In this document: positions 1 through 12,700 of the stretch, one piece after another
Layout of the letters: every line of letters begins with the position of its first letter
Numbering within the stretch: position 1 is the first letter of the stretch
DNA from: Klebsormidium nitens
Taxonomy: Eukaryota > Plantae > Klebsormidiophyceae
Direction of reading: 5' to 3'
DNA: 64,000 bases
Assembly (NCBI GenBank): GCA_000708835.1
Contig: DF237013.1
Coordinates: 129,071 to 193,070 of the forward strand
Translations under genes and position numbers: made by a program
The notes under the pieces: generated by a model
The model's database searches: none
What the model was told of the DNA's origin: nothing
Seen by the model: the letters and a program-made list of their open reading frames with translations, nothing else

Positions 1-42
1 CTCCGCATCCGCTAACCTGGTCGGTTTTCTTTCCCCGTGCAG

Positions 43-252
43 TTTCTGACCGGGCAGGCGATGCTGTTTACGCTGGGGCGGGCGGACGGGGTATCGCAAG
101 GCTGGTTTACGGCCTGGTTAACGATGATGGGCCCGGACGGGTGGTTCCCCGGGTGGTTAAAAGCTAAGGAACAGTACACAACGACCACCCGGAGGGGCCT
201 CGGACTGGGGGAGCCCGAGGCCGATGGACACCCCTTGGTGGAAGCCACGTGA
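43..252 (+). CDS. Terminal exon of an unidentified gene whose 5' part lies outside the window; hydrophobic start suggests a membrane protein
   Basis: Branch-like CTAAC at 12-16, pyrimidine tract and TGCAG acceptor ending at 42. Open frame FLTGQAMLFTLGRADG...PLVEAT to TGA at 250-252. No family recognised. Confidence 0.65.
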   Translation, partial: FLTGQAMLFTLGRADGVSQGWFTAWLTMMGPDGWFPGWLKAKEQYTTTTRRGLGLGEPEADGHPLVEAT

Positions 253-1356
253 ATAATAGACGGTTTGTGTGTCCTTTCGCGCTTTTGTAATCGATATTTG
301 ACTGTCGGATACAGCTCGCTCCTAAGGGATGTGCTCGTATATAACGCAGCTTGTCCGCTTGTACAAGTAGGTAGATATGGCTCCGCAACAATATGGTTAT
401 CAAATTGTACCAAGGGACTCTGAGCTAGCGTATCAGTCGTGCAGGATGTGTAGGGAATCACAGGAAGACACCGAGGAGCACTTACGGGAAATCAATCAAA
501 GAAATCATGAAAGTACAACAACAATGTTCTGCAGAACGCAGCTCGCACTGAACGGTGTTTCTGGCAACAATTTTTATGCATATCATCAGGCCACGGTGCG
601 TGTTGCATGGACGTGCATGTTAAGAACCTCCTAGCTCGCTTGCACATGGTGTCTGAATCGATGTTGTTTTATAATCAGTTTGAATCTTACTTTGGTATCC
701 GACATTATACATGCATGCCTAGGTCACCCATGTGCCGGCTGCGTTCAGCATGATCGGAAAGTTCATTCAGGCGAATCGCCCTGGCCTTGAACCAGACGCC
801 TGGCAAGTGGCGTCAGTGCGCGCAGCACAATGCCATTAAGATTGATACATGGCGAATTTCCAGGCAAGTTTTTATTAAGGCGGCTAAGTGCACCAAGCTG
901 CCATGAAGTACGTTTGAACTATAGGGCCGGGTACATTTGCACGCTGTGTCAACCTATCTGCATGCAGGCCGCTATAGCACTAAGCAAAGCAGCGGGCCTG
1001 TGCTTGTCCAGCAACTCATTTCGTACGCGTCGAATCTGATGCAGGTTTATATCAGTTGAGCAAAGAACCAGAGCCCCACTCCACTTGCTTTGCTCTACAA
1101 GGATTGGTGAAGACATGCTGTCAGTCGACATTACAGATGATCCATTCAGTCAAACGAGGAGGAAGACACTGTTTGCCACTGTACCTTTTGTTTCATGAGT
1201 AGGGTGCGAGTCCGGAACCAAACACTCGATTACCGCTCGTTTCCACCGCTTGACTTACCGCTTGCGCCCGACCTACCGTCGCTCACTTCAACCAATGTCC
1301 CAAACACCTAGTCGGCGCCTCGTCGTGAAGACGCCATGTGTTTCCTACCTACCCGG

Positions 1357-4300
1357 TCAAGCATAATACATGTAAAGACTATTCGAGGCTGCACAGGCAA
1401 TCAAGTTGGCGCTCGGATGCCACGCCAGGTGCAGCAACTTGGAAGTGAAGTCGTTTGTGCCTGTGGGGTTTTCTGGAGACCCGGTTTCGCCTGCAAAATC
1501 GCATGTACACATCACAATCGGTCGCAGAAGCGCTCAAAGAAAGGACCAGCGAGCTCGATGCTTGGGCCGATATGGTTCTGGGGTTCGCACTATCTCATTT
1601 GAGTGTGAGTCTGCATCAAAGGACTCTGTCGAACGGCCAGGCTGCTCCTACTTTCTCGGGTCTAAGGCACAGCAGAGAACACTCAAGTTTGAAAAGCTCC
1701 TGACCGAGCAAGGGGACCCCGCCTCTAGCTACTCTCCTATCGACTCCTTACTATCGCAATAGGGCAAGAAAAGTCCTGGTATACGCTCAAGCACACCAGA
1801 TGTACCTCCTACCAAGTAGCTCTGGATCCGATTCACTCCATTACCGGTGCACAAAAGAACCCACGATCAGATTCTACTTCCACATGTACAAAATCATTGA
1901 GGACTTTGGAATCACAAGCAGGACAAAGGGCCCCGTACCTCTCCGTGCGTCCCGTCGGCCCCGGGCCAAGTTCGCCAGCCGGCTGCCCGACCGCGCGGGC
2001 GCGTTTTGTTGCGCCCGTCTCCGGTTGGGCGTCTTGGTCGCTTCCAGGGTGCTCGCCTCCTCGCTGCCGGGCGCAGCACCAAACACGCGGAACAGGTTGC
2101 TGCAAGAGAGGAGGAGTTTGTGAGAGGTGTCCGAAGGTGTGCAACATGTGGACAGTGTCTGAAGTATCTTAACTTGGCGCCTCACATACACGACCGATAA
2201 ACCTTGAGCATTCCCTTTTCCCTGTCAGAAGCGGGAGGCTTTGTCCCAAATGACCGACATCCGACCGTTCGTCCAACCGGCTCAAAACTTCCTCGATTTT
2301 AGCACGGACTGGACAGAGAGAGACCGCGGAACCAAGCATGAACGCCCCCACACAATATGCGCGGCCAGATTGGTCTCAGCGATCCCGATATCGAAAAGAA
2401 AACTAGGCCGCAATATCATCTGCTTTTCCAGTTCAAGGAGACAGGTGAAAGATGCGTGAGTAAGTGTCACAAAGCGCTCTTGCAGCTTCGCCCTCTTGAA
2501 GGTGAGAGGTGGCGGAATGCTGACTTCTAACAGACACAATAATTAAGGTCTCACCTGTAGGAGCCGGTAGCCACGCGGCTGCCATCCCCGCTCAGGGTGC
2601 ACTCAAACTTGTCGAAGATGGAGTCGTTCTCGTACAGGTCGCACAGCTTCGACCGCAGGTGCTCGTGCACCTTGAACGACGCAACGGGCGCGGACTCCAT
2701 ATTCACGTCCCAAAGCTGCGGAGCAAGAGGGCGCGGGGTTGGAAAGGTGTAGATACATGGACTGTAGGAGGTTCCTGAGTTACCCAGGGGAAGCGGTACG
2801 AATGCCAAGCAATGTCACCTTTGGTGATCACAACTCCATCTTCACATCCGCAAGCTGCACGAATGAGAATTTCAATTCTACACGAAAGCTGTCTAGAATA
2901 TGTGCGACGGCAAACGGAGCAAGCTCTATGTGCAGGGCTCCGAGATACGGAGGGGTCGGCTCACGGACTGAGGAATCTGCTCGCAGAACAAGGTAAGACT
3001 AAGCAAGAAGCAGAAGCAAGTGATTTAGGACCAAGGAAAGTCGCAACGAACACGAGAGACATTCTCTAAGCCGCTGAAATGCAGAAGCCGCAGGTCCGAA
3101 GCACTTGAACGCTGCTCACAGAGCAGAAGCACTTGGAAAGACACTCTTAGAGCAAACAGGCAACAACAACGCACCCAGATGCAATGATGAACCAGCTACT
3201 GGGGAGCTTTCGAAACGACAATAACCAGAGAAACAGTTGCAGCTTCCATGTACTTGATGACAACTAGGTTGGGAACGTTACCTTGAGCGTCATGTAGTCC
3301 CGGGCCAGGATGTAGCGGCCATCGCGGCAGAACTTGATGTCTGAGATGGATGCGATGATCTCTGAGAAGAAGGACCGGCTGCCAGGGGCTTCCTGCTCCT
3401 CGAACCTGCAAGACACCAGTATCGCTGAGTTTTCGATCGCTGCATGCTTTTTCCAGGTTCCGCAATTGCCATGACCCAAATCTTAAGACACCGCTTTCAG
3501 CAGTGCGGCGCCTCCTTTGCCTTTGCAGAGATAGACCCTCTCCGTCCAGTATTGATTCTTGAGTAACTAGGAAAATTCATTGAGACTACTCAAACAAAGA
3601 AATGCGTGACGACTACAAGACAACTTTGGGCTTTGGCGTCTGTGCTGAAATGCAGACTGTTTTTCTTGGTGTGCATCAATCCGAAGCTACACTGTTCCAA
3701 TCCAAAGAAAGGCTCCGAAGAGGCTTACTGTTTCGCATGTTTGTCACAGAGCGCTGCTGAGCGCATGTCCGCTAGCCGGATGGCGCCCTTGCTGCTACTG
3801 TAGGCGAGCACGTTGCAGTGGCTCGGGTGGAACTCGGCTGACGTAATCACCTCTGAGAATGACGCAATGCATCGACATCAGAAAAGACGCAGCCGGAAAA
3901 GGCAACAAAGCAAAGCATTGGCAGCGCAACGATCCTAAGGGCCAACCGCTTGGATACAGCATAGGATGCGCAATCTAAAGCCATGGCTATGAGCGAGGCA
4001 AGTTGGCAAACTCGCATCTGAGTTCTCAAGTAAAACTTTGACAGTCTTGTAAAACTTTGACAGTCTTGAGATCAATGGGAATGCTTCACCTGTAAGGTCC
4101 TCCATGTTAGTGGGCTTGATATCTACAATGTTGAAACTTTGGTCAGAGACCTCCAGGTTCCAGAGGTTTATTCGGAGGTCGTCCGCGGAGATGTACGTCT
4201 CTCCATCGCTGCAAACAAGAGCAGGTAAATGAATGAGTTTTTAGGAACCTGACGTCAAAGCTAGAAACAAAGAAGGTTGGCTGCTGCAAGTGCGACCTCT

Positions 4301-7300
4301 AAAAGCGAGCAGTAAGTGGCGAACGAGCAGAAAGCACGACGCACTGTGCGACTGTCCCAGCAAATAAAAAGAGCAGCAACAAGTCACTGTGGCTTCCGTC
4401 TCCAAAGGCACGATTGCTGACTCATAGGAGCGGCCGAATCTCAAAGCAAGCTCAATCCGGGTGGCCCTTCGATGGCAGTACAAATGCATCAGCACTAGGT
4501 CTTACCTGTTGTTTGAGATTGAGTTTATGTGGTAGGCGTGCGCGTTTGCGAACACCCTCCGGCAGCGAGCCATGAGCACCGCTTCATTGCTCCAAACCTG
4601 AACAAAGAACCGGGTATTATTCTGAGTGACGACAAACTTCGAATGTCCGAAACTCACAGCTGGTCCTGCCGTTTGCTTGCGTCCCCCTACTGAGAGGAGT
4701 CCGAAGCGAAGTCCTTATGTCTCAGCAAAACTAGAAAGCGAGTGGCAGCATTGCCGGAAGCAAAGAGCAGAAACCAAGCCAACTTCTGTGCAGTGAGCCA
4801 ATGCCCGGAACCTGAGCCTGTAGAAGGGGGGACGCAAGCAAAGCTGGTCCAGGCTAGTACAGGCTGACTTTTCTGGGGGCGCAAGAAAGTTATCTGTGGA
4901 AAACGGCTCACTTACCGTTGGCAGTCGGAGTTGAGGGATCCCCCCCGGAGGAAACACCCAGTCGTCCTTGACTGCCGGCGCGGCTTTCCTATGGGCCGGG
5001 GACCCCATCCCCGTGCGCCCGGGGGAAGCTGCCGGGCTGGCCCCTGCGCTGCTGACCCCCCCATTACGAGGCTCGAAATTGAAGTTGGACACGCACTTGA
5101 CCTTCTTCTCAAACACCTTCCAAAGCTTGACGGTCTTGTCGTTGGTTGAGAGGAGGAAGCGGGAGCCGTTGGCGGTGGGGCACCAGCGAATCTTGTTGAT
5201 CTTCTCTTCGATTTCCAAACTCTTGAGGTAATCGAACTGCAAAGAGGGGATGAAACGAGTTGGTAGTCAGCAAACAAAACAATCTGCGGGCTGAGAAGGG
5301 TTGCTTGCAAGACGGGCGAGCGAGGTCGCATTGAGAGAGGTACAACTACTGATTGGTGGCCTCGATACAGTTGGATTCTACCGCGCATTGGCTTGCGTGT
5401 CCACAGGAAACAGAGACTCGGCCTTGTCTCTTGAGAGAAATATCTCTTGGCTTCACATCCGGCAAGGCCCGGGTCACATGTGCAGAGTGGATTGGCAGTA
5501 GCTCAAAATATCAGTGCATTCTGCAAAGCTCAATCTGGTGGGAGGAACAGGCTTGCCCGAGCTACATAATTCACAGGGAGCCATGGCTTTTGGCATGAGC
5601 TGCAAAGAGCTAAGCTTTGATTAGCTTGCTCTATACATGCAGATTTGCGAGCCCCTCACCTCAGGTTCGTGGCTCTGAAATTCCGTCGAGTACCGGTACT
5701 CAATGTGCCGCGAAGGAGGCAAGTCTGTCTTTTCAGCTTCTTTCCGATGCTGGACCCCCTGCAATCAACCAGACAAATATTGATACGTGCAAGAGCTCCA
5801 ACGATGCTCCACCTGCTTTTGCCAGAAGCAGAAGCAGCAAACCCTGCAAGCTGAAAATTATTAGAGGACCTCTTATCGCACTTCGTTTGACGAAGCTGCT
5901 GGTTAAAGAGACCTCCCGGGAATCAGCAGCTTTCTAAGAAGCATGGCAAGTCAAGCGCCTTCTCAGATTCTTGTGAGCCCGATGCAATTGGTGCAGGTAG
6001 TTTGGACGCGGGAATCGAAGAGACTCCAGTTAAGAGTTGGGAGAGCCCTGGGCCCTTCTGAGAGTGTCACTATCATACAAACCCGATCACAATAAACTTC
6101 GCTGCCAGTCAGTTAAACTGGTTATCAATCTCAAGATGAGATTGATAATTGGGGCACTCTGCTACTAATGAAAGGACGGTTGTGCTTTTGGGTCATGATC
6201 TCTGTAGTAACAAGAACGCAGACATCGCCACTTTACGTGCCAGGCTTTTCGTCAGACCTTACCTTTCCTCCATCCACCCTTTCGAACAAGACCACTCGAC
6301 CCCCTCTATCCCCCGTCGCTAAGTGGTCTCCACTCTTGTCGAATTCAATTGCCGAGATGATGTCAACTGCAGACAATGTGTACCAAGCTTTGAGCAAAAA
6401 CCTTCCATCCAGGCTTTTGTAAGATGCTCCTCCTAGGACAGCTCGAACCCTAATAATGACAATTAAAGCGGATCATAACGAACCACGCTAGGTCAGGAGC
6501 AGCTTAACTGCCAAAAAAGTATAGGTCGGCACCATCGCTCCAGGTTGTTAGAAAACAAGATTCAGCTTTTCAATCTAAAGGTTCCAGGCTGAACAACAAG
6601 CACAGGTGATGCTGAAACAGACATCCAAATCAGGTGAGTCCTCAAGCTTGAGGTTCTCATCACTAAGTCTAGCAGTAGCGTTTAGGGTTTGAAATACCGA
6701 TTGCCACATGATTAATATGTCTGCAACGTCTTCGAATTCTTGAAGCAGACTTTGCTGGATTACATGTCATGCTCTAAAGATACTGCTAGCGAAGTACAGT
6801 GGAGGCTTTTAGCACCTCCTCCCAAAAGCTAGACAGAAGTAAATTACAACAATCGTCTATGTGCAACTAGTTTGCATACAAACCTTGCTCTTGAAGAAAC
6901 AGTGAAAGAAGGAGGAGATAGGAGGCAGTGTACTATGAAGGAGCCATGCAACCAATCCAGCGAACCCAACTTTTTCACCAGACATTGGATTGCATTGATT
7001 GCTTTCTACAGGAGAAACTCTAGACAAGGAAGCTGCAAGGTAGACCATACTTGACGACTGGATTGGAATGCTCGTGCGAGTGCACTGGCTCAGATTCAGC
7101 CAGCAGCATCTGGTTCCATGAGAACTTTTGATGCTTCTCCCGTGTGAATCTCGCTCACAATTCCTCAACGTCTCAGCCAAGTAGAAAGCGCAGTTGAACC
7201 AGCAACTTAGAAGCCAAATGCAAGTCTTGCCAACAGTCAGTTCTCAATTTCGGAAGCCAACAAATGACACATCTGACTGGCTTACCTTCCTGCACTTCCT

Positions 7301-7409
7301 CCCCTGCAGCCCGCTCACCAAAAACCTGCCCAAACTTCCATTCCAAAGGGGGAGGGGGTGCCGATCCTCCTGAGAGAGATGCAACCCCCGCTTCATTGCT
7401 TCCATTCAT
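1357..7409 (-). CDS. PPP2R2: Protein phosphatase 2A 55 kDa regulatory subunit B (B55/PR55, WD40), 11 exons, 520 aa
   Basis: Exons 7409-7286, 6366-6263, 5758-5660, 5236-4916, 4597-4506, 4208-4090, 3852-3729, 3405-3282, 2715-2555, 2099-1939, 1490-1357 (1563 nt, all GT-AG, phases consistent). Hallmark motifs [101 protein letters not shown]. Confidence 0.97.
4031..4068 (+). repeat. Perfect 19-bp tandem duplication (TAAAACTTTGACAGTCTTG x2) in a B55 intron
   Basis: Read directly at 4031-4049 and 4050-4068. Confidence 0.9.
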
Positions 7410-8330
7410 TTCCGTCTGTAATTGGTCCTACTCTAATCCTGGAGCGCAGGCTGATTACCCTCCTGGTGAAAGGCCCATGGGTTGACAAACTAATCAGTAA
7501 ACAACAGACGTTCGACCTCCCAAATCAAGTTTTATCGAGCAGAAAGAATGCTTCTCGTGCGTGCATTCATTCCCCAAGGAATCATTCTCTACTCTACTAT
7601 CCTCGTATCCCTTTGGGCCCCTGTCGCCCTGCGACTACAATGCATCAGCCACTGCAACCCAAAATCGTGCATTCCGTGGCCCCCGGCCCCTCCAACGTCG
7701 CCGGTGCTCCAATTACCCGCTTGCTTTTAACGAGTCCGTACCACACAGCGTTCCATGCCCCTTCCACGACACTACCAAAATCAGGATGAACTCGGATAAG
7801 AGGCAGCCTTTAAAAGTAGCAGGCGCCACTACGTCTAAACGCAGGTGGTACCTATGCTCGGACCAAGTAGCCCTGACATCAGCAGCGCTGAGTTGAAGAC
7901 GAAGACTTCGCCCTGAGCCTGGGCCTGACGTCCAACCAAAGTGCGCCTTTCCTTCTGAATTTCAGTTGATCAATGTCGCCCGGGGGTACTCTTAAAACTT
8001 CCTCTGTGTTGAGCCGCTTTCCTGCTGGAGACAACCCACCTCTACGCTTCCCCGGGTAGGAGCCAGGTTTAGGGTTCAGGGCGCTTGGGCCTTTGCGGGT
8101 CAGAAGCCGTTTTGAAACCGAACGTTCGTTGACGCAGCTTGAGAACTGGGCACAAGTTCACCGTGTACAACCGGTTGACTTTGGTGTATGTAACCTAGTA
8201 CCTTTTCTGTAGGGCGGTTAGGGCTGGGGCCGCCTGGACGGCCCTAAGCCCTGAGCCGGCGCGGGCTAATTCGGCGGAACGACTTAGGTTCAGGGCCAGG
8301 GTTAGGCATTCTGCTTTTTGGGGTTGGTCG

Positions 8331-8555
8331 NNNNNNNNNNNNNNNNNNNNNNNNNNNNNNNNNNNNNNNNNNNNNNNNNNNNNNNNNNNNNNNNNNNNNN
8401 NNNNNNNNNNNNNNNNNNNNNNNNNNNNNNNNNNNNNNNNNNNNNNNNNNNNNNNNNNNNNNNNNNNNNNNNNNNNNNNNNNNNNNNNNNNNNNNNNNNN
8501 NNNNNNNNNNNNNNNNNNNNNNNNNNNNNNNNNNNNNNNNNNNNNNNNNNNNNNN
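8331..8555. other. Assembly gap (225 N)
   Basis: Run of N in the divergent spacer between the B55 gene and the zinc-finger repeat gene. Confidence 0.99.
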
Positions 8556-9703
8556 CATGAGACAAGGTCTGAATGTAGTCTCGAGTCCTAAACGCCTCTC
8601 TAACAAAGCTAGCAACCCTCTGTTGGTTCTCCTGACCTATAAAATGAAATGAGAGGCCCGTAGGCTTCCAAGTTCCCGGCAGTAAATCGATCCCCGGGGC
8701 AGATCAGTTCAACGCACTGGTTTGTACCGCCTTATCCTCCGGTTCACTGTGTTTGCATTGCCGGTACATACCTTCTGCTTTGCGGACGTCGACATGCGTG
8801 CGGGTTTCAAAAAAGCTCACTCGCTCAAAAGCAGGCCCGCTCTCCTGCCTGCAATGGTGAATGGAGGAGTCTGGTGGCCCGTGAAGTGGGAAGGCCTCAT
8901 AGATCTGCAACGCCATCCTTCTGAGAGGTTTTCAACGTTGGCTCGTGGTGCAGCCGGGGCAATGTTTGGACCCAACTCAGAGACGTGAAAGGTAAGCACC
9001 TCTTCCTCTTTTGCGAGCTGCGTAGCTCGTCAAAAGGCAGCAACAACTTTATTTATACAATATCTGGCGTGCGACAAAAAAATCTGGCACACGTTTGCAA
9101 TAGAAGGAAGAAGCTTCCCTCTTTGGGTGCTTGTAAAGAAGGCGTTTTCCCCCGTGCGGCGCACTTTTTAGTGTTGCCCACTTTTGCTGATGTAAAAGCT
9201 CATCATTTGGTGCACCTCATTCTGGGAAGCTCTTGGTGTCTGCTGGAAAGTACAAAAGACTGCACCATTCTCGGTCTGAGGGTTCAACCTATGCAAATCC
9301 TTTTTCGTAAGGGCATATGCCGAAGTCTACACTTTTGCGAAGTGCCTTTCTCAAATCATAAACGACACTAAAGACACTCAGAACGTCCGAAGAATGTAAT
9401 GGAAAGTACAGGAGAAACTCAGAGATAGTCGAAGCTGGATGCTGCTTTTTCATGCTTTCGGCACATCTTCAAATGTTCTTTCCTTCCATCTTCGTGCAGA
9501 TTTGGTCAGCTATTGACAGCTGAGCTGCTTTTAAAGGAAAGGGTATTCAACCTCTCGTTGCAAAAGCCAGGATGCTGCATTGCCTCCCATCTGATGTCCC
9601 TGAGCTCAAGACCCTAGTTCGGCAGACCCATGGTCGCTCAGATAGGGGACACTAGGGGAACTTGTGACCACTGAATCCTGCCCCCCAAAGCGTTAGTGCG
9701 TCC

Positions 9704-12700
9704 ATGGACCACTCCATGGAAGAGCCTCTTCCGCAAACAGGGCGACTTAATATGCAAGACTCGGCACTTGCGCAACCGGCTGCGTTTCTTCATGCTGCTT
9801 TCGTAGAGAGCGCAAGGAATCTCCGAGCGGCAGCTGGGCTGGACCTCCGCGAGACACACCCCATGGACCACTCGATCGAGCGGTTCGTTTTGAGCAACAA
9901 CAGGATCGAGATTGGAGTTCAGGTGGGTACATTCCGGAGCGCCGCAGATTGGTGGCCTGTGACTCTTGCGAGTGGCTGGTTTGGAGCTGCTACATTTGGG
10001 AGATGCGGGCTTTTGACTGCGGTGTGACAAGGAAGTAGAGTATGCTGGCCTTGTCATGGCACAGGCATGGTGACGGTCAGTTTTTGAACACGACTTTGGG
10101 TTAGTGGCAAGAGCGTTTGCTCAATATCCCGTTTCAGGAAAGTGAGCCAGTAGTTCAACCGCCATCGACAACCGGGGGGTAAGGCCTTCTGCCTCTTCAA
10201 ACAATGCTGAGTGTGCAAGCGTAGAAGAGACATCCTTAGGTATCCTTTTCAGAGCATCTGTGTGGCGCCCCCAACCCCAAATGATTAGACTTTATCCTTC
10301 CTCATTCTACTCCTGCCCTTCTAGGGAACATCCAAAAAATCAATTGTAATACAGAGCGCAGGGATCCTTGTTGACTTGGAAACCCCCAGGAAAGGTGGGA
10401 AACATTTGGCTGGTCAGAAAATAAGGCCAACGTTTGCTCAACGCCTCAACCTCATCGGAAACGCATGCCCATAGTGAGCCTTTGTAGCCCGGAACCTGGC
10501 GAAGACTTGAACAAAGAGGTTCTAGCAAGGTGAGGAAGGAAGTAACCTCCAGGTAGGGGTTAGGCCACAGTCTCAAACCATATTTCAACCCCCTCCTCAG
10601 GTGGGCGAGCCTGGCGGAGGGTCCGATTTTATGCTGCTAGAGCTGCAATCAGAGCACGGTCCCGCACCCCCCGCCACCGGACCGAGCCTCGCAGAGCAGT
10701 ATGCGCTTTTGGCGGGGCGCCGGGCGCCGCGCCGCAGCCGCAAGCGCACCCTCCAGAGTCGAGACGAGAACAGCAACCAAGGCCAGGGGGGCGAGGTGGC
10801 AACGAACAAGCCGAAGGGCATATGCCAGTTCGGAGACTGCTCGCAGGAAGTGAACTCGCGCGCGAAATGGTGCCCGGAGCACAGCACTGCAAAGCGGTGC
10901 ACGTACGAGGGCCCCGAGGGGGTGTGCATGCGCGTGGCGAGGGGGAGCGACCCGCACTGCATCACGCACGGGGGGGGCGGCGGTGCAGACTGCCGGGGTG
11001 TAACAAGAGTGCGCGGGGGAAGGAGAGTTTCTGCAAGGCGCATGGGGGGGGCAAGCGGTGCCAGGAGTTTGGGTGCACGAAGAGCGCGGAGGGGAAGAGC
11101 GAGTATTGCCATACGCACGGGGGGGGGACGAGATGTACCATGGAGGGGTGCAACAAGGCGGCGCGCGGCGCGACTGGGCTGTGCATCTCGCATGGTGAGG
11201 GGGTGTCTTGGAAACCTGCCTTTGTTTTGCAAATCTTGGGCCTTTGGCATAGCTTGCAAATAGGGAAAGGGTTTGATCTCCTGCCTGCTTAGCACGGAGC
11301 GACTTGTCTTCTGCTGGGCGGACAAGAAATGACAATCATACAATGCTTTCGGTTCACTGGAATGCAGAGACGAAAGCGAGGCAAAAACTTCGGATCTGGT
11401 TTACATCGCTTACATCTTGTTGAGCGTAAAATATGTCGAGGGTGCGTGACAGTGTCTCCCAAGTTCTTGAATCTATGATGTGTTACCAGCTATTGTTTAT
11501 GAGCATGCTTGATTGGACAAAAACACTTGCATGAAGTGGACAAAAAAGAATTGTGCGAATGTAAAGTCGAGATCCATTGCAGGTGGAGGCAAGCGGTGTC
11601 AGCACCCCGATTGCCCCAAGGGCGCCGAAGGCAAGACCGACTACTGCATCAGCCACGGAGGCGGCGTTCGGTGTTCGTTCGAGGGCTGTGTGAAGAGTGC
11701 GCGCGGGCGGGCCGACTTTTGCATTGCGCACGGGGGAGGGATCCGGTGCGCGGTCGAGAATTGCAGGAAGAGCGCGCAAGGGTCGACGCCGCTGTGTATC
11801 GCCCACGGAGGGGGGGCGCGCTGCAAGATCGAGCACTGTAACAAGGTGAGGCAGTGGGTTTGAGGATGGTCTGTCCATCCCAATTTATGCTTCAAACACA
11901 AACGCGATATCGATATTGAATGTGAGCGCTGAATTGTAGTGCTGAGTGCAGGTGGTGCTAAAGCTTTTTGGCGCAGAACGAAGCTTGCAAGAGGTCTATG
12001 CTTTGACCAGCACAAGACCAGGCTTACATTTAAGGGCTTGCTCTTCAGTCTAGTAGTTTCCTGCTCTTTGTGCACGCCTTGATAAGGAATTCTTCGTGAG
12101 ATGTGGACGCTTTGAACCTTTCTGTCGTGCTGAAGGCCTGAAGGAGTGAAAGACCCGCTGTGTCGTTCCGTCCTTCCTCTATGCACAAACTGAGTTTCCG
12201 ATTCCAGCATCAATTGTCCGGAACGGACTTCTCTATGAGCAAACTAAGTTTATGGCTTCAGCAGCATTGTGTCCAGATGAACGACTTAGCACGGAAGTTC
12301 AGAGAAGTCGCTGGTGGTAAAAATACGCTCCAACGCCCTTGCCAATGTTCTTGATAGCAAGCCTGACCGCGTGTACTGCGTTTAAACTGCTTGCACTTTG
12401 TCTTTAGGTTAAGGTTATGATTTTTCAGTAGCTTAACGAAGATCCGTTCTGGTAATCCTGGGGTCCTTGGTGACTACTTAACCTTTACTGTGACGGCAAA
12501 CCCTTTGTGAGATTTAGTTGCTCCTCCTTGCAGACGCTTTGAGTTCTTACAATTCCTCAACACTTGTAAAGCTCTCAAGTTCTTAAAGCCTGACCACTTA
12601 CAGGGTGCCCGGGGATCGTCGGGGCTGTGCGTGGGGCACGGGGGCGGCCGGCGCTGCGCCTTTGAGGACTGCAACCGGGGGGCGGAGGGACGAACCGGGC

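Noticed and set aside
7879-8157. 92-codon stop-free frame on the - strand next to the gap
   Set aside because: No ATG, no convincing splice sites and no recognisable transposase, gag or RT motif; cannot be called a gene or TE from sequence alone.
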